From IMG/VR virus record IMGVR_UViG_3300045988_066443: 64,000 bases of DNA. One strand, given 5' to 3'. The notes under the pieces were generated by a model. The model ran no database searches and had not been told where the DNA came from. It worked only from the letters and a program-made list of their open reading frames with translations. A program made the position numbers and the translations under genes. Source of the stretch: a virus. Below, one piece after another: positions 57,121 through 64,000 of the stretch. How positions within the stretch are numbered: the stretch's first letter is position 1; each line of letters opens with the position of its first letter.

Positions 57121-57443
57121 AATTTAGAACGTATATCGTTAATTAACGCTTGAATCATATGAGTTTGTTCTCTCCATTTGTAATGAAATTCAAGACTGTT
57201 AGACTCTTCTTCAGTTAATGGAATATGAAATAATATCTTGTGGTGTATATTTTTAAACCATTTCCTCTCAAGTTTTCTACTTTCCTTAGTTCCTACCTCA
57301 TATCCTCTCTTAGATTTACGGTTCTTAGAACGACCACGTGCCCAACCAAATTGTTTGCCATCATTCACCCATTTCCAGTCTGCTCTGGCTTCTTTTTGCC
57401 TAAGCCTCTTGTTAATGATATTAATCTTTTCTATCTCTTCCAT
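57117..57443 (-). CDS. hypothetical basic protein
   Basis: track ORF 57117..57551 trimmed to the internal Met (MEEIEKINII...) to avoid overlap with the tRNA at 57458-57529. Confidence 0.35.
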   Translation of the reverse strand: MEEIEKINIINKRLRQKEARADWKWVNDGKQFGWARGRSKNRKSKRGYEVGTKESRKLERKWFKNIHHKILFHIPLTEEESNSLEFHYKWREQTHMIQALINDIRSKL

Positions 57444-57457
57444 ATTTGTTAATTTTG

Positions 57458-57529
57458 TTGGGCTACTAGGACTCGAACCTAGACTGACAGAATCAAAATC
57501 TGTAGTGCTAACCATTACACCATAGCCCA
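57458..57529 (-). tRNA. tRNA-Gln (anticodon TTG)
   Basis: TGGGCTATGGTGTAATGGTTAGCACTACAGATTTTGATTCTGTCAGTCTAGGTTCGAGTCCTAGTAGCCCAA. Confidence 0.85.
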
Positions 57530-57593
57530 ATTTTGGCTTAGCTATTCTCACGAACCACTAAGTCTATTTACCATGAAAAACACACAATGCAAG

Positions 57594-57670
57594 TGGGACG
57601 AGGCAGGATCGAACTGCCGCTAACGTCCTGGATTTTCAGTCCAGCGCTCTACCTACTGAGCTATCGTCCC
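57594..57670 (-). tRNA. tRNA-Phe (anticodon GAA)
   Basis: GGGACGATAGCTCAGTAGGTAGAGCGCTGGACTGAAAATCCAGGACGTTAGCGGCAGTTCGATCCTGCCTCGTCCCA. Confidence 0.8.
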
Positions 57671-57692
57671 ATATCCGTTTATAATGTAAAGG

Positions 57693-57728
57693 CATAGATG
57701 AAGTAAACGGATAAAACCTTCATCTATG
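57693..57728. repeat. perfect 11-bp inverted repeat hairpin (catagatgaag / 14-nt loop / cttcatctatg)
   Basis: read directly in the 255-bp non-coding gap downstream of tRNA-Phe. Confidence 0.5.
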
Positions 57729-57925
57729 GAAAAGAGTCCCAAAGCAAGTTATGCATTTCCGAGTATGTTACGCACGTACTAAGGCGACTTCAACGGACTT
57801 AAGGTTATTAGCATTGCGCACTACTAATAGCGTTTTGCTGGATTTATCCCTCAGCCATCCACTCTATATACTACATAAGGGGTCTATGCAGTCGATAGTC
57901 TACTAAGTGCACTTTCAACTATCAG

Positions 57926-58180
57926 TTATTCCAATTCTAGTATTTTTTTGTTCCACCAGTTAGTTAAATCCTGTAAAGAAAACTTAAATTCTTTTTCAAA
58001 GTCTTCTAACGGAACAACTTCTTCTCCTACTTCTATAGCCCACTGCCAACACGCTTCTACTTCTGCTAGTTCAATAGGCTCCTCACATAGCCAAGTATCA
58101 TCTAGAAGCATACTGAGAAATTCTTTATGAAGGCTTCTAAATATTTCAATTTTATCTTCCATGAACTTTATGATTTTCAT
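57926..58180 (-). CDS. hypothetical protein (84 aa)
   Basis: ORF. Confidence 0.3.
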   Translation of the reverse strand: MKIIKFMEDKIEIFRSLHKEFLSMLLDDTWLCEEPIELAEVEACWQWAIEVGEEVVPLEDFEKEFKFSLQDLTNWWNKKILELE

Positions 58181-58571
58181 CCTGATTCACGAACTCTGCC
58201 TTAAGTTTATCCTTATAAAGCGGAATGATAGTATCAGCAGAATCAGTAAAACAAAAGTATTGTCCATTACTAAGTCTTTGGAAACGGATATACTTTATCC
58301 ACCAATGGTCAATAGAATCCAATACCAAATGCCTCCAGTCTCCCTCGCCACCAGATGCAGTCTCTAAACTCTTTAGTAGAGGAATAACTTCGTCCTTATT
58401 AAACGAACATTGCTCCACTACAGCTTGATTCTTTTTCAGGAAATTGGTTAATACTTCCCAGGGTTCGTCTATGGCGTCATGAACGACCATATAAAAATCT
58501 CTTGTATCGCAGTGTGCACATTCAAAATCGGATAGCTCTGCGATTGAATCTATGTATTTCCATTCGCTCAT
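58152..58571 (-). CDS. hypothetical protein (139 aa)
   Basis: ORF. Confidence 0.35.
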   Translation of the reverse strand: MSEWKYIDSIAELSDFECAHCDTRDFYMVVHDAIDEPWEVLTNFLKKNQAVVEQCSFNKDEVIPLLKSLETASGGEGDWRHLVLDSIDHWWIKYIRFQRLSNGQYFCFTDSADTIIPLYKDKLKAEFVNQDENHKVHGR

Positions 58572-58595
58572 ATCTAATAATTATTTAAGTTAATG

Positions 58596-58683
58596 CGGAG
58601 GCAGCTGGATTCGAACCAGCGGGACCCTTTTGAGGCCCGGAGTCTTAGCAGGACTCTGGTTTAGACCGCTCACCCATACCTCC
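58596..58683 (-). tRNA. tRNA-Ser (anticodon GCT), type II
   Basis: GGAGGTATGGGTGAGCGGTCTAAACCAGAGTCCTGCTAAGACTCCGGGCCTCAAAAGGGTCCCGCTGGTTCGAATCCAGCTGCCTCCG; discriminator G. Confidence 0.8.
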
Positions 58684-58743
58684 AAATTGCGAAGGGGCTT
58701 TTGTTATACTTTACTAATTCTTTGTAAAGCCCCTTCGCTGTGA

Positions 58744-60702
58744 TTACTTCACTTCTTCAAACTCAGTAGCTTCTGCTTGCTTCTTGCCGAACATTTCCTT
58801 TACTGTGTCAGCGAAAGGAATAGAACGTAACAAGTCAAGAGCAGGATTCAAGTTCTCAGCAGTCTTAGCCATGAAATTACCAGCGGTATTCTCATTACCA
58901 TAAACAGTAACCTGTCCAAGGTGAATGTGTTCAAACATCTGAGCAGATGCCTGAGCAATACCGGCCAATTGGTCAACAGTCTTGTACTGAACCACCATTT
59001 GTGGAGTCAAGCCAGATTCAATCATCTTCTCAACTGCCAAGGCTGGAGCCATTTCGATAGCTTGAACCTTATCAGCTTCTGCCATCAATGATGCTCTCTT
59101 ACCTTCAGCTTCAGCAAGCAATTTCTTGCGAGTACCTTCTGCCTCTGCTTCTAACTGCAGTTTAGTAGCGTCAGCTTTCGCTTCTGCTTCTTTCAAAATC
59201 TTTGCAGCTTCTGCTTCTGCTTCCAATACCGCTTTGGCTTTAATTGCTTCTGCTTCAATAGTTACTCTCTCTTTTTGTTTCTGAGCAGGAACAATCATTT
59301 CAGCTTGAAGTTTTGCTTCCTCTGCCTTAGCAGCAGCTTCGTTAACCTCAATCTGGCGTTCTTGTTCTGTTTTGGCTACAGCCATTCTTGCTTCTACTTT
59401 AGAAGTACCAGCTACCTTTTCTGCTTCAGCTTGTGCCTGTGCAGCTTCTCCTTTTGCCTTTGATACTTCAATAGTTGCTTTCTGCTCAGCTACTCCAGCT
59501 TGCTTGTCAGCTTCTGCAGCCTTAATTCTCTTCTGAGACTCATACTCTGCAGTAGCAGCTTCTTGCTCATTAATTGCTTTCTGAGTGTCTGCTTCCTGCT
59601 TTTGCTTAGCTTGAGCAATACGAGTTTGCTTCAGAGCTTCAGCTTCAGCTTTCTTAGAATCTGCTTCTGCCTTAGCTTTAGCTACATTAGCTTCTGCTTC
59701 TGCGTCAGCAGCAGCTTTCTTAGAAGCAGCCTCTGAAGCGGATTTCGCTACATTAGCTATTCTCTGAGATTCAGCTTCAGCTTTAGCTGATTCTGCTTGA
59801 GTGTTTGCACGAGCAATACTAGCTTCTTGTTCCGCCTTCTGTTCAGCGATACCAGCTTGTTTGTTCTTTTCTGCTTCTGCCAAGCGAATAGCTTTCTCCT
59901 GATTAATCTCAGCAACCTTTACTTCCTGTTCTTGCTTAGTTTGAGCAACTGTAGTTTCTCTTTCCTTTTCAGCATCGGCTACGGCAATCTCACGCTGTTT
60001 GTTGGTTTCTGCAATCTGAATATCTCCTTTCTTCTTCTCTTCTGCAATGTCAGCCTGTGCCTGAGCAAGAGCTTTAGTTGCAGCTTTCTGACCAAGATTC
60101 TTGATATAGTTCGCATCATCCGAGATATCAGCGTTGTTAATATTGATAATACTGAAACCTACCTTGTTCAACTCAGTTTCAATATTCTCTTTTGCCTTGC
60201 CGATAAATTTGATTCTATCAGCATTTATTTCCTCAATCGTCATTGTTGCCATCAAGCTTCTCACTTCACCGATGAGAATATCCTTGATTTGGTCTGAGAT
60301 TTCAGAAGTTTTAGCTGTTAAGAATCTGCTTGCAGCGTTTTGCATTAGTACTTGATCGGTTCCTATACCAGTAGTTAATGTCACAGGAATCCTAACCTTA
60401 ATCATTTGGCTGGATACTCCCTCTACCATTACCTGAATCTGAATAGGTTTCAAGGACATTTTAGCCCAGTCTTGAATGACAGGCATTACGAATGTACCTC
60501 CGCCGTGGATGATTTTAGACGGCAGTATAACTTCCTCCGTTTTACCAGTCTTCTCGTTAACTACCTTCTTCTTTCCTGCCTTACCAAATACTACCAGGAT
60601 TTCATCACTAGCACACTTACGATACCGAGACAAAAGTCCGATAAAAGTTACAACTACTAAGAGTACAATAACACCCGCTACAATAAGAGTTTCTGTTGTC
60701 AT
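58744..60702 (-). CDS. flotillin-like SPFH/band-7 protein with a long Ala/Glu/Lys/Gln-rich coiled-coil repeat region
   Basis: 652 aa; N-terminal TM helix plus SPFH domain (...ILVVFGKAGKKK...IIHGGGTFVMPVIQ...), then about 330 aa of low-complexity AEAEAKA-type repeats. Confidence 0.75.
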   Translation of the reverse strand: MTTETLIVAGVIVLLVVVTFIGLLSRYRKCASDEILVVFGKAGKKKVVNEKTGKTEEVILPSKIIHGGGTFVMPVIQDWAKMSLKPIQIQVMVEGVSSQMIKVRIPVTLTTGIGTDQVLMQNAASRFLTAKTSEISDQIKDILIGEVRSLMATMTIEEINADRIKFIGKAKENIETELNKVGFSIININNADISDDANYIKNLGQKAATKALAQAQADIAEEKKKGDIQIAETNKQREIAVADAEKERETTVAQTKQEQEVKVAEINQEKAIRLAEAEKNKQAGIAEQKAEQEASIARANTQAESAKAEAESQRIANVAKSASEAASKKAAADAEAEANVAKAKAEADSKKAEAEALKQTRIAQAKQKQEADTQKAINEQEAATAEYESQKRIKAAEADKQAGVAEQKATIEVSKAKGEAAQAQAEAEKVAGTSKVEARMAVAKTEQERQIEVNEAAAKAEEAKLQAEMIVPAQKQKERVTIEAEAIKAKAVLEAEAEAAKILKEAEAKADATKLQLEAEAEGTRKKLLAEAEGKRASLMAEADKVQAIEMAPALAVEKMIESGLTPQMVVQYKTVDQLAGIAQASAQMFEHIHLGQVTVYGNENTAGNFMAKTAENLNPALDLLRSIPFADTVKEMFGKKQAEATEFEEVK

Positions 60703-60717
60703 CTTTAAAAATTCTTT

Positions 60718-61245
60718 TTAGTTAAAATAATACTTTCCATTCTCAAATTTTGAAATTCTCACTTTGTCCCCGTTTTTATACGTCTTATGCTCTTCTTCAG
60801 CATAAGCTGACAATTCTTGAAGCATTCCATTTATCTCAACTAAGATAACAGAGCTACCACCAGAAATATCATTAGGGATAGTGATTGTTCCAATTCTCCC
60901 GATTAAGGCTTCACCCTTTTCAGGAATAACTTGATGTTGGAGTTTTAAACAAAGTTTATATAAGTAGTAAAGTATAACCACAAAAAGAATACCGCATATT
61001 AATGCGATTAAATAATCATACCATTCTATAGAATGAGAAACGGAATGCTTAATACAAAGCCATCCACTTGCTCCCATTACAAAATGTACTAGTCCTTTAA
61101 AAGAGACAATATCACTCACATCCATGTCCAATTCTCCATCTAAATCTACATCCAAGTCAGTGTCGCCACCAAACCAAGAGAGTATGAACTGAACAATAAA
61201 AATGCCATACGAAATGGCTGCTAAGAGATAATAAGTTTCGCTCAT
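60718..61245 (-). CDS. NfeD-like membrane protein (partner of the SPFH protein)
   Basis: 175 aa; N-terminal TM helices plus C-terminal beta-rich domain; directly downstream of the flotillin gene, in the usual operon arrangement. Confidence 0.5.
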   Translation of the reverse strand: MSETYYLLAAISYGIFIVQFILSWFGGDTDLDVDLDGELDMDVSDIVSFKGLVHFVMGASGWLCIKHSVSHSIEWYDYLIALICGILFVVILYYLYKLCLKLQHQVIPEKGEALIGRIGTITIPNDISGGSSVILVEINGMLQELSAYAEEEHKTYKNGDKVRISKFENGKYYFN

Positions 61246-61460
61246 TGTAATTTACATAACCCTCCTTGAGTTGTATTATGAAGTATGTAATACACTCTCC
61301 CAGGAACGGAGACTCTATAGACATTCATGTGACTATTAGGGTCGGTATATACCTTTATAACCGAAAAATGATTTCGGTCTTCCCTAGAAGTAAACGAACA
61401 ACAGACTGCCGTAACTATTGCTACAACAGCCATCATACAAATTAATCTAATTCTCTTCAT
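61242..61460 (-). CDS. small secreted/lipoprotein-like protein (72 aa)
   Basis: N-terminal MKRIRLICMMAVVAIVTAVCCS. Confidence 0.3.
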   Translation of the reverse strand: MKRIRLICMMAVVAIVTAVCCSFTSREDRNHFSVIKVYTDPNSHMNVYRVSVPGRVYYILHNTTQGGLCKLQ

Positions 61461-61483
61461 AAGTTTTTAGTTATTGATATTTG

Positions 61484-61556
61484 CATAGGATAAAAGGGTC
61501 GAACTCTTACTTTCAGTTTTGGAGACTGACGTGCTAACCATTAACACTAATCCTAT
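61484..61556 (-). tRNA. tRNA-Trp (anticodon CCA)
   Basis: ATAGGATTAGTGTTAATGGTTAGCACGTCAGTCTCCAAAACTGAAAGTAAGAGTTCGACCCTTTTATCCTATG; all stems perfect. Confidence 0.85.
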
Positions 61557-61562
61557 AGATTG

Positions 61563-61654
61563 AGGAGGCAGTGGGACTCCAACCCACACATCGCTGTTAC
61601 ACGATTACTGGCAGTTTTCAAGACTGCTGCCTTAGCAATTAGGCTTATACCTCC
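61563..61654 (-). tRNA. tRNA-Ser (anticodon TGA), type II
   Basis: GGAGGTATAAGCCTAATTGCTAAGGCAGCAGTCTTGAAAACTGCCAGTAATCGTGTAACAGCGATGTGTGGGTTGGAGTCCCACTGCCTCCT. Confidence 0.75.
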
Positions 61655-62210
61655 ATTATAATGAAACCTTATATTTATCCCAATCACTGGTTAATGTCAA
61701 GGCTCCTTTAACATTTATTTCACTTGAGGGAATCTCATACATGTCCCCAGTTATAACTACTACAAATACTACATCACAAGTAGAATTATCAAAATGTCTA
61801 ATCTTAGAATCTCCAGATGAACCTCCGCAATTCTTCAACAAGACTTCATAATTTCCACTCTTTACCTAATGTTGAGTAGTTTTAACTGATACTCTCTTCA
61901 AACCCTCTTTATCTACTACAATGTCATATTTCTATGTATCATTCAAGGGAATTAGGACCGGAATGCAATGAGCAGTATAGTATGCTATAGCTCTTCCTAG
62001 TCCTAAATTCCCTTGATGAGATTTATACTAACTTTCCCAAGCGTTCATTTTTTACAAAATTTGTATTAGATTTTCATCTTTACGATTACATTAAACCTGA
62101 CTCTGCCACCCTTCCAAAAGCTAGTCTTATGACTAGCTAAGAATCATACCAAGAAGCAATAATACACAGAATATAGCTAGAATACACCAGCCTATAGCCT
62201 GGATTGCTCC

Positions 62211-62690
62211 TCAGCCAAATATACAAATCATTGAAGATATAAAGAATACAGCTCCTCCTACCACACTTATCCAACCTCCAGCATCTTCATCGTTTTTGGA
62301 TAGTTTTCCTCTACCAGTTAGTAGCATAAATACTGATATTCCTAATAGTATGGTGCCTACTACAATTCCGGCTATCTCCTTATAGAGGAGTTTCCACACT
62401 ACGATAGTTATTGCTGTTTGTCCTAGGTTGGATTCTGCTATTCTTATGGCTGAATCTTCAACTGCTTTTAAGGTTTCATTGACTGCTACGCCAATTTCCT
62501 TACCAAGATTTGCATACTCAGAAACTTCCTTGATTTCACCCTTTATAGCTTTCTCTGTTGTTATCTTCTCAATTTGAGTTCTAGTATCGCTTGGCAACTT
62601 ATCATAGTCTTCTTGTGATATAGTTATCTGAGAAAAAGCTGCTACGCTCATCCAGAGCATAGCAAGCATAAATACAAGGAACTTTTTCAT
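62211..62690 (-). CDS. secreted/membrane-anchored hypothetical protein (159 aa)
   Basis: signal peptide MKKFLVFMLAMLWMSVAAFSQ; C-terminal TM segments. Confidence 0.35.
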   Translation of the reverse strand: MKKFLVFMLAMLWMSVAAFSQITISQEDYDKLPSDTRTQIEKITTEKAIKGEIKEVSEYANLGKEIGVAVNETLKAVEDSAIRIAESNLGQTAITIVVWKLLYKEIAGIVVGTILLGISVFMLLTGRGKLSKNDEDAGGWISVVGGAVFFISSMICIFG

Positions 62691-63250
62691 TAGTCAAGCC
62701 ATTCAAATTCTCTACCTTCAAAATGTCTTGCAAAACAAGCATCAAACACTAGCTTTCCAAACTGAGTTGACACATATTTTGCAATTTCTTCAGATTTGCA
62801 CGCTAGCATCCCGACATAGGAAGTGGCATAGCCGACGCCATAGTTAGAAGAGAAAGAGCCGAGACCCGCACGGCCGCCATCATACGCGCCGCCGCCCACC
62901 AACGCGAATTTCTCGCCCTGATAACGGAAGTGACCAATGACCTCTGCATCCTTCGGAACTGATTTCATTCTAAAGAAGCGAACCCAGGGATACCATATAG
63001 TACCAGTTAACAGATTGAACTTGTGACCTTCATTTAGCGCATCCAAGACTGTCTGCAACTTAGCTAGAGAATTTACAGATCTATTATAGTAAATAGTATC
63101 TCTAGTAACACACCCTAGATAGTTTACAGCATCCTCATAGGTTCTTATCCGTCCCATAATGTTTTCTGGAACGATTTCAACATTGCCAGTTTCGGCATTA
63201 TAGATGGGTTTATAACCATCTGGACATTCAATTTCAATTGTCTTTTTCAT
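62690..63250 (-). CDS. hypothetical protein (186 aa)
   Basis: ORF. Confidence 0.35.
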   Translation of the reverse strand: MKKTIEIECPDGYKPIYNAETGNVEIVPENIMGRIRTYEDAVNYLGCVTRDTIYYNRSVNSLAKLQTVLDALNEGHKFNLLTGTIWYPWVRFFRMKSVPKDAEVIGHFRYQGEKFALVGGGAYDGGRAGLGSFSSNYGVGYATSYVGMLACKSEEIAKYVSTQFGKLVFDACFARHFEGREFEWLD

Positions 63251-63280
63251 TCGTTATAATATTTAATAAAACATGATTAG

Positions 63281-63354
63281 GGTGTTATAGCGGACTCGAA
63301 CCGCTGACCTCTACAGCCACAATGTAGCGTTCTGCCAACTGAACTAATAACACC
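63281..63354 (-). tRNA. tRNA-His (anticodon GTG) with encoded G-1
   Basis: G-GTGTTATTAGTTCAGTTGGCAGAACGCTACATTGTGGCTGTAGAGGTCAGCGGTTCGAGTCCGCTATAACAC-C; extra 5' G opposite discriminator C73 is the His hallmark. Confidence 0.85.
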
Positions 63355-63360
63355 ATCAAA

Positions 63361-63825
63361 TTATTTAAGTAATGGCAATAACTTTTTACCAAGAATCTTT
63401 ACTGCTTTCTGTGCATCAGCTACAGTTCTGAAATAAACAACACCTGGATACTTTACATTTTGATGCATGGCGACGTACACTCCTTTTATATCAGTTTTCG
63501 TCTTTCCAGATAGAGAAGAACCTTTTCCAAGAAAATAGCCAGTATTACCTTCTGTTTTGATCCATCCTTTATTTAGATAGTTAGCAACTATTTGTAAACT
63601 AGCTAGAGAACTGAGTTGTTCTGTCATGCTTGGAGGACATACTAATGTATTCCAAAAACCATAATCTTCTTCAGACTCTACTATCTCTTTAAAGGAAGGA
63701 ATTAGCATTTCCTCACTAAATGCAGTAAGAGCTAATTTCTTCAAGTCTTCATTACCGCTTTCATACCATTCGCGTGCCTGCTCTAGAGTTACTTCAAGAT
63801 AGGCTTTTGTCTTAATTCTATTCAT
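63361..63825 (-). CDS. hypothetical protein (154 aa)
   Basis: ORF. Confidence 0.35.
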   Translation of the reverse strand: MNRIKTKAYLEVTLEQAREWYESGNEDLKKLALTAFSEEMLIPSFKEIVESEEDYGFWNTLVCPPSMTEQLSSLASLQIVANYLNKGWIKTEGNTGYFLGKGSSLSGKTKTDIKGVYVAMHQNVKYPGVVYFRTVADAQKAVKILGKKLLPLLK

Positions 63826-64000
63826 TTTTGTTTATTAGTTTTTAATGGACACCAATCTGGAATTAATACCCTTTCGTAAGGTCTTAACATTCCCTCAATT
63901 AGTTTATTCCCTGCTTCTTTACAAAGCGCTTTTTCATCATCGTCATTGAACCAGTCATCAGGGTCAGGAGCGATTCTACAATGAGGACATTCCCTACACT
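63822..64000 (-). CDS. hypothetical Cys-rich protein, partial (start lies beyond the window end)
   Basis: manual translation ...CRECPHCRIAPDPDDWFNDDDEKALCKEAGNKLIEGMLRPYERVLIPDWCPLKTNKQK*; ATGA overlap with the downstream gene. Confidence 0.35.
   Translation of the reverse strand, partial: CRECPHCRIAPDPDDWFNDDDEKALCKEAGNKLIEGMLRPYERVLIPDWCPLKTNKQK

Noticed and set aside
59275-60355. cluster of plus-strand ORFs (Cys/Leu/Ser/Phe-rich) and an apparent DNA-level repeat
   Set aside because: This is the antisense of the Ala/Glu/Lys-rich repeat region of the flotillin gene. It is low-complexity coding sequence, not a CRISPR or satellite array.
39783-63354. CRISPR array or integrase/att site associated with the tRNA fragments
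   Set aside because: There are no regularly spaced direct repeats and no integrase or recombinase gene in the window. The duplications are better explained by homing-endonuclease insertion.

Overview
This window looks like part of a large virulent phage genome: AT-rich, and every supportable gene (about 115 CDS, 21 tRNAs plus 2 aberrant tRNA-like genes, and 1 tmRNA) is on the minus strand. Positions 1 to about 39000 are an early, replication and nucleotide-metabolism block. It holds a sigma-70-like factor, an ATP-dependent DNA ligase, an Rnl2-like RNA ligase, dUTPase, anaerobic RNR NrdD/NrdG, a DnaB-like helicase, a TOPRIM primase, an SF2 helicase, a RecA-like ATPase, RNase H and two metallophosphatases. 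It also carries a complete NAD+ salvage set (NAMPT, PRPP synthetase, NMNAT) and many small unknown proteins. Positions 39000 to 64000 hold a dispersed tRNA array covering at least 16 anticodons, with three CAT tRNAs including an initiator-like one, plus a 563-nt tmRNA (ssrA-like). It also has several tRNA-like genes with aberrant anticodon arms, HNH and GIY-YIG homing endonucleases, a glucosaminidase endolysin and a flotillin(SPFH)/NfeD pair. The most striking signal is that two diverged GIY-YIG homing-endonuclease genes sit inside the tRNA array and can only be read as intact proteins if their in-frame TAG codons are sense (6 of 6 internal stops are TAG, at positions that are sense in homologues). 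Both are flanked by duplicated 3' fragments of the neighbouring tRNA. Together this points to amber readthrough / TAG recoding (probably TAG to Gln) linked to a phage translation module of tRNAs, tmRNA and RNA ligase. No CUA-anticodon suppressor tRNA is visible in this window. Coordinates of the RNA genes were derived by hand from the line numbering and may be off by 1 to 2 nt.
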